From Deltaproteobacteria bacterium (GTDB lineage: Bacteria; Desulfobacterota; Binatia; Bin18), in contig SHZE01000002.1 in NCBI GenBank assembly GCA_009692435.1, positions 8,795 to 72,794 of the forward strand: 64,000 nucleotides of DNA. Direction: 5' to 3'. The notes under the pieces are model-generated. The model worked only from the letters and a program-made list of their open reading frames with translations, had not been told where the DNA came from and searched no databases. The number at the start of each line of letters is the position of its first letter. Positions within the stretch are counted from its first letter, which is position 1. Of this stretch, positions 8,250 through 17,820 are shown piece after piece. The translations under genes and the position numbers were made by a program.

Positions 8250-9158
8250 CTACCGGAAAGCGAGCAACCCTGCCCGGGTGAACTGTTCGGTCATAATTTG
8301 AGCTAACGGGGTGTCCGTCGTCACCCGAGAGTAGAGTATCTGATGGCGGTGACAGAACTGTTGGAGCGCGTCGAGATGCGTCTGCAACGCCTCTTGGTAC
8401 TGTTGCAGATGTGAGCGATTCAGAGAGACCCACCGTTCTTTCTGCTCTTCAACATCATAGAGTTTACCACGACGAAAGAGTCGCTCTGGAGCGAGTTCCG
8501 CCGCGCCGATGATGTGGACCGCCCGCACCTCATAGCCGCGGGCTTGCAACAACGTCAACGCGCCTTCGTACTGGGCCGGTTCAACGAGAAAATCCGAGAC
8601 GACCGTGGCGACGCCGGGCTCGCGGGTTTGTTCAATATAGGCGCGCACGGTCTCTCGGAGATAGGTTTTTCCACCAGGCGTGAGGGTGTGGAGAAAACCC
8701 GGCAGCCGTGCGAACTGACTGCGATGGCGCAGCAACGGCGCCGGACGAAAGGGCGCTTGCCCGGGCTTGGGGGCAGCCAACGCAACGAGGTGCAGAGGGT
8801 CGTTATTGTTCAGCACCACGTACCCCAGCGCGGAGACCAGGTCAGTCGCAAAGACGAATTTTTGGTCAACAACTGGCGCCCCCATTGAAGCGCTGGTGTC
8901 GAGAAAAATATGGACCGGAATCTCGCGCTCGGCGGTGAAGGTACGGACCACGAGTTGATCGAGTCGCCCAACCGCGTTCCAATCGACATAGCGGAAGTCA
9001 TCGCCAGGGACATACTCTTTGTAGGATTCAAACTCGACGCCCCAGGCTTGGGTCGCGCGCGGGATCAGGGTTTCGCCGGGCCGGTGCCCACGCGCGGTCC
9101 GTATCCGCAGCCGCAGCCGGTCCAATTGGCGAAAGAAGGTGAAATCAGTCAGCGCCAC
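8250..9158 (-). CDS. DUF58 family protein (MoxR-associated)
   Basis: EYVPGDDFRYVDWNAVGRLDQLVVRTFTAEREIPVHIFLDTSASMG, the typical DUF58 signature. Directly follows MoxR. Confidence 0.9.
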   Translation of the reverse strand: MALTDFTFFRQLDRLRLRIRTARGHRPGETLIPRATQAWGVEFESYKEYVPGDDFRYVDWNAVGRLDQLVVRTFTAEREIPVHIFLDTSASMGAPVVDQKFVFATDLVSALGYVVLNNNDPLHLVALAAPKPGQAPFRPAPLLRHRSQFARLPGFLHTLTPGGKTYLRETVRAYIEQTREPGVATVVSDFLVEPAQYEGALTLLQARGYEVRAVHIIGAAELAPERLFRRGKLYDVEEQKERWVSLNRSHLQQYQEALQTHLDALQQFCHRHQILYSRVTTDTPLAQIMTEQFTRAGLLAFR

Positions 9159-9194
9159 GATATCAGCCCCATCAACTCTCTCACGCCTTCATCT

Positions 9195-10244
9195 CTATCG
9201 TCGCAATTTGCGGGCGGACTGGAGGATGCGTTCAATAATGATCGCGGGATCGATGTTTTCCGCCTCGGCGGCAAAGTTCAGCACCAGGCGGTGCTGCAAC
9301 GCGGGGATGGCCACGCGGTCAACATCCTCATAACTGACATTGGCACGCCCATCGAGTAGCGCCACTACTTTGGCGCCTAACAGGAGCGTCTGGCCACCAC
9401 GCGGGCTGGAGCCAAAAGAGACGTAACGATTGACAAAGTCATCTTTCGGCAGGGTGGTCCGGGCGGTATCCCCAGCCTTGAGATATTTAGCGCCCGCCGG
9501 GATCGTGGCATGAATGAGCGCGGCGATGTACTCCTCGATATGAGGGGCCACCATCACTTCGCGCACCAGCGTGCGCAGGGCCATGACTTTTTCTGATGCT
9601 TCCGCATGCACGAACACCGGGTGGAGGTCAGGCACGGCCGTGGTGGTGGTGGTATTGATAATGCGCTGAATTTCGGTGTGGGTGGGATAGGTGAGGCGAA
9701 CCTTGAAAAAGAAACGGTCGAGTTGCGCTTCGGGCAATGGATACGTTCCTTCCATTTCAATCGGATTGAGCGTGGCGAGCACGAAGAACGGCGGCGCCAG
9801 ACGATACGTGGTCCCCGCCACTGTCACTTGTTGTTCCGCCATCGCTTCCAAGAGCGCGGCTTGGGTCTTGGGAGTGGACCGATTGATCTCGTCCGCGAGC
9901 AACACATGAGAAAAGATCGGGCCTTCGACAAAGACGAACTCACGGCGCCCCTCGTCGCGGTCCATCACCATCCGCGTTCCGGTAATATCCGCCGGCATCA
10001 AATCGACCGTGAACTGGATGCGATTAAAGCTCAGATTGAACACATCGGCCAACGAGCGCACGATCAAGGTTTTGCCCGTGCCGGGCACGCCCTCAATCAG
10101 CACGTGTCCACCAGCGAAAAAGGCGATCAAGATGTTGCGGACCAGGTCTTCGTGACCGACCACGGCCTTCGCCAATTCCGCTTCTATGCGGCGGACGGTC
10201 TGTTGGAAATCAGCAATCAACTGGGTAGCTGGGGCTTCACTCAC
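9195..10244 (-). CDS. MoxR-family AAA+ ATPase
   Basis: VVGHEDLVRNILIAFFAGGHVLIEGVPGTGKT (Walker A), LLADEINRSTPKTQAALLEAM (Walker B), ...ATLNPIEMEGTYPLPEAQLDRF. Confidence 0.95.
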   Translation of the reverse strand: MSEAPATQLIADFQQTVRRIEAELAKAVVGHEDLVRNILIAFFAGGHVLIEGVPGTGKTLIVRSLADVFNLSFNRIQFTVDLMPADITGTRMVMDRDEGRREFVFVEGPIFSHVLLADEINRSTPKTQAALLEAMAEQQVTVAGTTYRLAPPFFVLATLNPIEMEGTYPLPEAQLDRFFFKVRLTYPTHTEIQRIINTTTTTAVPDLHPVFVHAEASEKVMALRTLVREVMVAPHIEEYIAALIHATIPAGAKYLKAGDTARTTLPKDDFVNRYVSFGSSPRGGQTLLLGAKVVALLDGRANVSYEDVDRVAIPALQHRLVLNFAAEAENIDPAIIIERILQSARKLRR

Positions 10245-11725
10245 CGTGATTCTCCTCGCACGAATAGACGTTTCACAATATCTTCGTACTCCGCGGGCAC
10301 TTGCGATTTCCGAATCGCATCGTCAAGTGACTGCTCTCGGCTAAGGCCCTTGGTCGATTTTTCAATAATCCCGCCGGTGTCCTTTTCCTCAGGGTCCAGC
10401 TCCCCTTCTTGGCTCTTTTTATGGGTTGTTTCAAGCGCGAGCTGGAAGGTCTGGCCGCCCTTGCCGGTGATTTTTTCCTCGCCATAGAGACGGGGCTCGG
10501 TCCCGCTCCCGGCTCCTGGACCGCCTTCTCCTGATTCACCACCACTCCCTGGCACCTGGGGGCTATCAGGTTGGAAGGTGCCTTTAGCATTTTTCCGCTC
10601 AAGCTGGGCATGCTCAAGCTGTTGAAGACCGGATCCTTGCGAGGGCGCGGACATGGCCGCACCGGGATTTTTCCCACTCGCCGAGCCGTCTTTCTTTTTG
10701 TCGTCGCGATTCCGTGAAGTGCTAGGAGATTGCTCCCCTTGTCGGTCCCCCTGTCCGTCCATCGACGCGCTCGGCGTCTTCTGCTCTTCACGCGCTTGGA
10801 GTGCCAACCGAGGATCTTGTTCCGCTGACTGCCCTTCTGGTGTGGGTGGTTTCGGCGCTTTATCCGGCAGCCCTTGCAGCGCCTGGCGAATTTTCTCTTG
10901 CAGCGCTTGAGGCAAGGAGGCAAGGGACTGCGCGTCTAACTTGTCGGGGCTCTCCGGGTTCCGCTGATTTTCGGCATTGCCCGCCTCGAGTGCATCTTGA
11001 GCTTTCTTCTCTTGATCCCGAGGAGTGTCAAAAAGTGTGCCTCCTCCCCACTGCTTCGGCGTGTCGGGCAGTAAAGAGAGTTTGCGATCAAGGAGTTCCC
11101 CCGCGCGATTGGGCAGATCGCCTAAGACCGTTTCCAGATTCGCGAGCGAGAACGGCTCTTGAGTAGAGCGTTCCGAAAGCATGGGGATGGACGCAATGAA
11201 AAAAGTCAGGAGAAGAGCGAGCAGAAATGGCACGGCGCTCCAGGGGATACGCGAGGGAGAGACTCTCTTCACCTCCCAATCGTTCAGGAGCCGCGTGTTC
11301 TCGGCAAGGAGATGTGGCCACAAGGATGAGGGTGGCGGTTTCCCAATCGCTCCACCTGTGAGTTGGGCGACCAGGGTCGCCAGACGCTCCTTTAAGCCAG
11401 CCCGCGCGTCCACCCGCCGAGCGATCGTATTGAGATCGGCCCAGTCCTCGACCCCACGGCGCACAAAAAAGAGAAAGCAGAAAGCGAGCAGGAGAAGCAC
11501 TGGCCAGGAGAGGAGCGTAAACAGCATGGGCGACAACACGAACGTACACACAATCAAGAGGGCCGTCCCCAAGGCGAGCACAGCGCCAAGACGATAGAGA
11601 TGATGCTGCACCGTATGGAAATTCCATCGTCCCCGGACCTGTCGGAGCCGCTCCTCGACATCCGCGAGGGCCAGCCGTTCTTCTGTGCCTGGAATCCCAA
11701 CTGTCTTGTTCTGGTTCTCAGTCAT
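10241..11725 (-). CDS. MoxR-coupled membrane protein with a long low-complexity (Q/G/P/K/E-rich) region and a conserved C-terminal P-x-EY motif
   Basis: Two or three TM segments near the N-terminus, IARRVDARAGLKERLATLV, and C-terminal ...QVPAEYEDIVKRLF. 4-nt overlap with the moxR start. Paralog of 27322..28782. Confidence 0.7.
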   Translation of the reverse strand: MTENQNKTVGIPGTEERLALADVEERLRQVRGRWNFHTVQHHLYRLGAVLALGTALLIVCTFVLSPMLFTLLSWPVLLLLAFCFLFFVRRGVEDWADLNTIARRVDARAGLKERLATLVAQLTGGAIGKPPPSSLWPHLLAENTRLLNDWEVKRVSPSRIPWSAVPFLLALLLTFFIASIPMLSERSTQEPFSLANLETVLGDLPNRAGELLDRKLSLLPDTPKQWGGGTLFDTPRDQEKKAQDALEAGNAENQRNPESPDKLDAQSLASLPQALQEKIRQALQGLPDKAPKPPTPEGQSAEQDPRLALQAREEQKTPSASMDGQGDRQGEQSPSTSRNRDDKKKDGSASGKNPGAAMSAPSQGSGLQQLEHAQLERKNAKGTFQPDSPQVPGSGGESGEGGPGAGSGTEPRLYGEEKITGKGGQTFQLALETTHKKSQEGELDPEEKDTGGIIEKSTKGLSREQSLDDAIRKSQVPAEYEDIVKRLFVRGESR

Positions 11726-12026
11726 AGTGCGGCGACAATAGTAGACCGCTCCGATCTGGTCAACTCAGGAAGAGGTAGACAAAAGTCGGCCAACAGAGAA
11801 ATTACCGTGTTCGTTCGAGGAGACAGTGACGAGCAAATGATCCGCGGTTTGGGATGTTGCCCTTTCTCAATGCGCCAGAGCGGCTCTCATGGGAGCAGGT
11901 TTGTATTTCCCCTCCCTCACCAAATCACCGCGATAACCAAGCCAGAATACTACACATGGACAAAGATCGCGGGTTTACGGAACACCCGGAACACTCCGGC
12001 GATCAATCGCCGCGAATGCGGCACCC

Positions 12027-13205
12027 CTACGGCAAGAGCGCCAACCACCGATCCGCGGACATCACCCACTGGGTCATCCCTTGCACGCTACGCTTTTGAC
12101 TCACACCGCTCTTGTGGACCAATTGAACCACGGCTGGAATCTGGAGCTTTTGCTGGAAGTGCACCAGGCTGGGAGCGAGTTCCGTGTCCGTGGTTTTGCA
12201 CTCAATCAGACATAGCGGCTGTCCACGCTCCGTGATCACAAAATCGACTTCGCGTTTCTCCTTATCGCGAAGAAAATGCAAGCCCAGGTCTTTCATGCCC
12301 ATGGCCCGCCATAAGTGAACGGCTTTGAGCAGATGCGCGGCAACCAGGTTCTCAAATCGTCCCCCTTCGTTGTCGATCTCCGCCCAGTCAACAAGATACG
12401 CTTTGGTTTCCTTCCGTAAGGTCCGTGTGAGCCGTCCAGTGAACGGGGGCAACCGAAACAGATAAAAGAACTGTTCGAGGAGCGACAACCAATCCCGTAC
12501 GGTCTCAAAGGCGACGCCCACGTCTTCTCTGAGAGCGTTGACTGACAGTGGGCTGCCGATCCGCTCTGGGAGCAGATGCGTGAGATGTTCCAGGAGAGAG
12601 ATTTCTCGAATAGCGCTGGCGTCACGAATATCTTCCCGCACCAGGAGCGTCTTTCGCTCCGCGGCCCACAGGTTGTAAAACTCCTCGTTGCCGCGCGTGA
12701 AGGGTTCTGGAAATCCGCTGAAGCGAAAGAGGTGCTCATACTGGTCGCGGCGCTCGGATGACGCATCTGGCGGGTTCTCAAGCCCCTGCTTGAAATCGGC
12801 GAGGCTCTTGAGCCTGCCACTGAGTTCGCCGACGCTCAAGGGGAAAAGGGGCACACTGAAATAGCGCCCCAACAGACTATCCCCCCCTTTCTTGAACAGA
12901 TCGAGTCGCCCGCTGCCAGTGACGAGAAAGCGAAATTCTTCCTTGTACTGGTCGTACTGGCCCTTGAGGTAGTTCTTCCAGTGTGCGTATTTGTGAATCT
13001 CATCAAAGACCACGAGAAACGGCTGGCGGGGATCGCGGTTTTCTTTTTCCAGGAACTCCGAGTCGGCCAGAATCTATTTTCGATGCGCGGAGATATCCCA
13101 GTTCACGTAACGACTTTGGGGGAATTGTTGCTGATAACGCTGGGCTAACGTCGTCTTACCCACCTAGCGCGGGCCACTGACAAACGCCATCTTGTTGAAT
13201 TGCAT
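12027..13205 (-). pseudogene. AAA_14/DUF4143 ATPase pseudogene with two in-frame TAG codons
   Basis: Extending ORF 12027..13013 upstream in frame gives MQFNKMAFVSGPR*VGKTTLAQRYQQQFPQSRYVNWDISAHRK*ILADSEFLEKENRDPRQPFLVVFDEIHKY... The stops are at 13164..13166 (inside Walker A, where the paralog has Q) and 13074..13076. Confidence 0.8.
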
Positions 13206-13266
13206 GACGACGCGATCCACAAGAACGGTGGTGGTGCGGTCTAGCATGGCAGTCATTCCTAGACCG

Positions 13267-13298
13267 AAGTCGAAAAAAGTCAAGACTTTTTTCGACTT
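13267..13298. promoter_or_regulatory. Perfect 32-nt palindrome in a divergent intergenic region (candidate operator)
   Basis: AAGTCGAAAAAAGTC AA GACTTTTTTCGACTT, i.e. four AAGTC/GACTT pentamers arranged symmetrically. Lies between the ATPase pseudogene start (13205) and the CoA-transferase start (13439). Confidence 0.4.
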
Positions 13299-13438
13299 GG
13301 CTCGAATCTTTCCTGGGGCGATCGCGGGGGCGTCCTGTGGGATAGCCTTAGCCCCTTACCAGCATCGACCTCCCCCTGCCCAAGTCCTCGTTTTATGCTA
13401 GGGGGTGAACCACTTCATTTTGTAAGCGGAGGCAGTAC

Positions 13439-14677
13439 GTGCTCAGCCCTTATCGTGTACTTGATCTGACAACGGAACGTGGTCTGCTATGCGGGCAGAT
13501 TCTGGGTGACCTGGGAGCCGATGTGCTCAAGGTCGAACCGCCAGGCGGGTCCCCCGCGCGGCGACTTGGTCCGTTTTACCATGATGTCCCAGATGGCAAT
13601 CGCTCGCTCTACTGGTGGGCCTATAATCGCAATAAACGCGGCATCACGCTCAATCTTGCGACTACTGAGGGGAAGGCGATTCTGCGTCGTCTCGTTCCGG
13701 GCGCGCATTTTCTCATTGAATCCGACAATCCCGGCACGATGGCAGAGCAGGGACTGGGGTATGCGGAGCTCGAAAAACTGAATCCAGGGTTGGTGTACCT
13801 TTCTATCTCCGCGTTCGGGCAGGATGGCCCCAAGGCAAGTTATGTCGATAGTGATCTGGTGATCCTTGCCGCCGGCGGACCATTAGTGCTCACCGGCGAT
13901 GATGATCGTCCGCCGGTGCGGCTGAGTGTTCCCCAAGCCTACCTTCATGCCTGCGCCGAAGCAGCGGTCGCGGCACTGGTCGCGAACCATGAACGTCAGC
14001 GTTCCGGGCGTGGCCAGCATGTGGACGTGTCCGCGCAACAAGCGGTCGCGCAAGCCACGCAGGCGATGATCTTGGCCGCGCCATTAGGCGAGGCGGAGAT
14101 TAAACGGATGGCGGGCGGCGTCAAAATCGGCTCGCTTAATATCCGCCTGATCTGGCCCGCCAAGGATGGCTATGTCGCGATTACGTTCCTGTTTGGCACC
14201 GCCTTCGCCCATTTCACCAAGCGGTTGATGGATTGGGTCTACGAAGAAGGCGTTTGCGACCAAGCGACACGCGATACCAATTGGTTGACGTTTGGCGGGC
14301 AACTCTTCAGTGGCGAAGGGCGCAAGGAATACGAGCGGCTCAAGGGCGTGCTAGAGGAGTTCACCAAAACCAAGACCAAGGCGGAGTTACTGCGGGGCGC
14401 GCTCGACCGAGGGCTTATCATGGCCCCCATCTCCAGAATTGACGAAGTCGTTAGCAGCCCACAACTAGCGGCGCGTCACTACTGGTGTGAAATGGAGCAC
14501 CCGGAGTTAGGCGAGAAATTTCGTTACCCCGGCCCATTCGTGAAATTCAGCGAAACACCATTGACCTATCGCCGTCGCCCACCACTGATCGGGGAACATA
14601 ATCGCGAAGTGTATGTGGATGAGCTGGGGATGAGTGAAGATGAATTCGCCGGCCTGCAACGCCACGGCATTATTTGA
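13439..14677 (+). CDS. Family III CoA-transferase (CaiB/BaiF family)
   Basis: MLSPYRVLDLTTERGLLCGQILGDLGADVLKVEPPGG...; ...NPGTMAEQGLGYAELEKLNPGLVYLSISAFGQDGP. GTG start. Confidence 0.9.
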   Translation: MLSPYRVLDLTTERGLLCGQILGDLGADVLKVEPPGGSPARRLGPFYHDVPDGNRSLYWWAYNRNKRGITLNLATTEGKAILRRLVPGAHFLIESDNPGTMAEQGLGYAELEKLNPGLVYLSISAFGQDGPKASYVDSDLVILAAGGPLVLTGDDDRPPVRLSVPQAYLHACAEAAVAALVANHERQRSGRGQHVDVSAQQAVAQATQAMILAAPLGEAEIKRMAGGVKIGSLNIRLIWPAKDGYVAITFLFGTAFAHFTKRLMDWVYEEGVCDQATRDTNWLTFGGQLFSGEGRKEYERLKGVLEEFTKTKTKAELLRGALDRGLIMAPISRIDEVVSSPQLAARHYWCEMEHPELGEKFRYPGPFVKFSETPLTYRRRPPLIGEHNREVYVDELGMSEDEFAGLQRHGII

Positions 14678-14698
14678 CGCACGACGGGGAGGAGTACC

Positions 14699-15916
14699 AT
14701 GACGAACACATTACCATTAGCCGATGTCAAAATTCTTGATCTCATGTGGGTCATGGCTGGACCCGCTGGGACCCGCGTGCTAGCGGATTACGGCGCGACC
14801 CTCGTGCGTGTCGAATCGGCGAAACGCATTGATACCGCGCGGACGCTCCAACCCTTCCACAACCGCAAGCCGGGGCCGGACAGTTCCGCGCTGTTTCAGA
14901 ATCTCAATACCGGCAAGTTAGGACTGTCGCTGGACCTGAATAATGAACAGGCTCGTGACGTGATTCGCGATCTCGTGCGTTGGGCGGACGTCGTGACCGA
15001 GTCGTTTTCGCCGCGCGCGATGAAGATGTGGGGGCTCGACTATGAGTCGCTACGCAAGATCAAACCCGACATCATTATGATTAGTTCGTGCCTCATGGGA
15101 CAGACGGGACCGATGGCGAAGTTTGCCGGGTTTGGCAATCTCGCGGCGGCGATTTCGGGATTCTTCAACTTGACTGGCTGGCCGGACCGTCCACCGGCTG
15201 GACCTTTTAGCGCCTACACCGATTATGTGGCCCCGCGTTTTACCGCGTTGTCGATCTTGGCCGCGCTTGACCATCGCCGTCGCACTGGCCAGGGCCAATA
15301 CATTGACCAATCGCAAGCCGAAGCCACACTCCATTTTCTTACGCCGGCGTTGCTCGACTACACCGTCAACGGGCGCGTGCAAGGAGCAACAGGTAACCGT
15401 GATCCGCACCTGGCTCCGCATGGTGTCTATCCCGCGGCGGGAACGGACCGTTGGGTGGCCATTGTCGTGCAGAGCGAAGAGCAATGGCAGTCACTGTGCG
15501 ATGTGATGCAACGACCTGATTTGCTCCGTGATGAACGATTTTCTACACTTGAGGCCCGCCTCACCCATCAGGAGGAACTCGAGACCCAGGTATCCACATG
15601 GACCAAGACGCTTGACCCGTTCCGCATTGAAGCGCTACTCCAAGCACGTGGAGTTTCGGCGGGCGCGGTCAGCTCGACGCATGAGGTCTACAAAGACTCG
15701 CAGTTCACCCATCAGGGACATTTTGTTGAACTGGAACATCCCACCTATGGCCACACCACGGTCGAGGGCTCACGTTTCCGGTTGTCTCGAACACCAGCCC
15801 AAATCAACCGATGCGCACCAACACTGGGACGAGATAATCAATACGTCTTGGAAACGCTCTTGGGATATAGCGAAGAGAAAATCAGCGAGCTAGCGGTCGC
15901 CGGAGCGCTGGAATAA
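14699..15916 (+). CDS. Family III CoA-transferase (CaiB/BaiF family)
   Basis: LADVKILDLMWVMAGPAGTRVLADYGATLVRVES...; FSPRAMKMWGLDYESLRKIKPDIIMISSCLMGQTGP. Paralog in tandem with the previous gene. Confidence 0.9.
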   Translation: MTNTLPLADVKILDLMWVMAGPAGTRVLADYGATLVRVESAKRIDTARTLQPFHNRKPGPDSSALFQNLNTGKLGLSLDLNNEQARDVIRDLVRWADVVTESFSPRAMKMWGLDYESLRKIKPDIIMISSCLMGQTGPMAKFAGFGNLAAAISGFFNLTGWPDRPPAGPFSAYTDYVAPRFTALSILAALDHRRRTGQGQYIDQSQAEATLHFLTPALLDYTVNGRVQGATGNRDPHLAPHGVYPAAGTDRWVAIVVQSEEQWQSLCDVMQRPDLLRDERFSTLEARLTHQEELETQVSTWTKTLDPFRIEALLQARGVSAGAVSSTHEVYKDSQFTHQGHFVELEHPTYGHTTVEGSRFRLSRTPAQINRCAPTLGRDNQYVLETLLGYSEEKISELAVAGALE

Positions 15917-15962
15917 AGATGATTTCCCTGAGAGCGCGCCCATCTCGGTCGTGCTCTCAGGG

Positions 15963-16478
15963 CTACGCACCCTGAAGCTCCCGAACCGCCTGCTCGAACT
16001 CCTCGTCAGACTCCTCGCGGAGTTTGCTCTCCCCCAACGCGATTTTCATGGCTCCGACCTGGTGCCACCAGCGTGCCATCGCCTGCGGATCAAAAAACAG
16101 GCGCGTCGTATAGTGTTCGGCGCAGTCCTCATTCAAGAACACGATGGACAGCGCCTCTTGCCGGAGAAACTTCCGCAGAATTTCGCTGTCGGTCGCTTGC
16201 CGTGGGTTGAGATAGAACATACCGCCGGTCCCTGGACCAAACGTGGGATGCAGTCGATAGGTCACGGTCACCACCCAGGTTCCTTGTGGACTTTGCCACG
16301 TGGACAGATCAATGGTGAGGGGAAGTTGGGCGTCGAGAAAAAAATCAATCAGCTCCACTCTCACCACGAGGGCTAATTCGTCGGTCCCCGCGCGATCAAT
16401 AAACCGTGGGCAGTAGAGGGGTTCTTCCTGGAGGAGGCTCCAACTTTCCTTGTTGATGACAATTCCCGTCTGTGTCAT
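15963..16478 (-). CDS. Hypothetical protein
   Basis: ORF 15963..16616. The internal Met47 (MTQTGIVINKE...) is chosen because the longer form would overlap the divergent cinA start. No recognised motif. Confidence 0.5.
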   Translation of the reverse strand: MTQTGIVINKESWSLLQEEPLYCPRFIDRAGTDELALVVRVELIDFFLDAQLPLTIDLSTWQSPQGTWVVTVTYRLHPTFGPGTGGMFYLNPRQATDSEILRKFLRQEALSIVFLNEDCAEHYTTRLFFDPQAMARWWHQVGAMKIALGESKLREESDEEFEQAVRELQGA

Positions 16479-16551
16479 AGCGCGTCCTTCATTGAGATTG
16501 ACCTGAGTACCAGCATCAATCATACATACATCGAAGACAGGAGGAACGTAC

Positions 16552-17802
16552 ATGGCAAACGCCGAGATCGTGGCGATCGGATCGGAATTACTGCTGGGGC
16601 AGATCGTGGACACCAACTCAACCTGGCTTGCGCAACGGCTGACCGCCTTAGGCGTGAACCTCTTCTATAAAGCCGTAGTAGGAGACAATCCCGAGCGCAT
16701 GCGCGAGGTCCTAACCCGTGCGCTCGAACGCGCGGACGTGGTGATTACCAGCGGCGGGCTAGGACCGACACAAGATGATCTCACGCGCGAGGCGGTCGCC
16801 GAAGTAACGGGGCGTAAACTCATACTGCATCCCCCGTTCCTGGAGCAGATTGAGCACCGGTTTCGTACTCGCGGGTTCATCATGACCCCGAACAACGAAC
16901 GACAGGCGTACATGCCGGAAGGCGCGATTCCGGTCAACAATCCCAATGGCACGGCCCCTTCGTTTGTCGTGGAAGACCCACGGGGCAGCATCTTCGTTCT
17001 GCCTGGAGTGCCGTTTGAACTGAAGTGGCTCTTCGATAATGAAGTGGCTCCCTATTTGCGCCGGAAATTCTCACTGTCAGAGATTATTACCTATCGCCTA
17101 CTCAAGGTCGCCGAACTCGGGGAAAGTCGGGTGGACGATCTCATGGGACATTTGATCGCTAACTCACGCAATCCGACCGTTGGTGTATTAGCGCATCCCG
17201 GTCAAGTTGATATTCGCATCGCCGCCAAAGCCGCCACCAAGGAAGACGCCTTACGTCTCATCAAGCCGGTCGAAGCTGAAATGCGGCAGTTGATCGGCAA
17301 ACATATCTTCGCGGTCGATGAAGAGACCATGGAGGATGCGGTTGGTAAACTCCTGCGCGAGAAAAACAAGACGATTGCCGTCTGTGAGGATCTGACAGGG
17401 GGACTGATCGCGGAACGGCTCCAAGAAGCCGAGCCTGAACGTTTCCGGGAAGGCGTGATTACTAATGGCCAGACACCGCTGCGGCGCGTGTTGGCATTCT
17501 CCCGTCAACCCGCACGTATTGAGGAATTGTGGGACAAGCCGCAACAGTTAGCGGAGGAGCTGGCATGGGCTGTGCGTGCGCAAGCGGTCAGTGACCTGGG
17601 ATTGGCGCTGTACTCACTTCCTGATCTCACAGACCGTTCCGAAAATCTCGCGCGCGGTCAATCGTTCATGGCCATTACTGACGGCAACGACTTCAAGCAT
17701 CGCCATTACAACATGGCTGGTCGTGGCCGTCCCGACCGCACCCGCATGAGCTTTAATGCGCTCGCGCTGGTGCGATTGGCGTTGCTGGAGGGCATGGTGT
17801 AA
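16552..17802 (+). CDS. cinA: CinA-family protein (MoCF-type domain plus C-terminal NMN-deamidase-like domain)
   Basis: MANAEIVAIGSELLLGQIVDTNSTWLAQRL...VVITSGGLGPTQDDLTREAVAE...; 416 aa two-domain architecture. Confidence 0.9.
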   Translation: MANAEIVAIGSELLLGQIVDTNSTWLAQRLTALGVNLFYKAVVGDNPERMREVLTRALERADVVITSGGLGPTQDDLTREAVAEVTGRKLILHPPFLEQIEHRFRTRGFIMTPNNERQAYMPEGAIPVNNPNGTAPSFVVEDPRGSIFVLPGVPFELKWLFDNEVAPYLRRKFSLSEIITYRLLKVAELGESRVDDLMGHLIANSRNPTVGVLAHPGQVDIRIAAKAATKEDALRLIKPVEAEMRQLIGKHIFAVDEETMEDAVGKLLREKNKTIAVCEDLTGGLIAERLQEAEPERFREGVITNGQTPLRRVLAFSRQPARIEELWDKPQQLAEELAWAVRAQAVSDLGLALYSLPDLTDRSENLARGQSFMAITDGNDFKHRHYNMAGRGRPDRTRMSFNALALVRLALLEGMV

Positions 17803-17820
17803 TAACCACGGAGCCGCAAC

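Noticed and set aside
13074-13166. In-frame TAG codons at conserved positions (Gln in Walker A here, Trp at 58197-58199) could suggest amber-codon reassignment or readthrough.
   Set aside because: TAG terminates several well-conserved genes at their expected ends (MoxR 29790-92, acyl-CoA dehydrogenase 38351-53, acyltransferase 32937-39). The affected genes also carry frameshifts or are accessory genes. Pseudogenisation is the simpler reading.
13299-13312. GGCTCGAATC resembles a tRNA T-arm (GGTTCGAATCC).
   Set aside because: No acceptor, D or anticodon stems can be drawn around it. No tRNA, rRNA, tmRNA or RNase P signatures were seen anywhere in the window.
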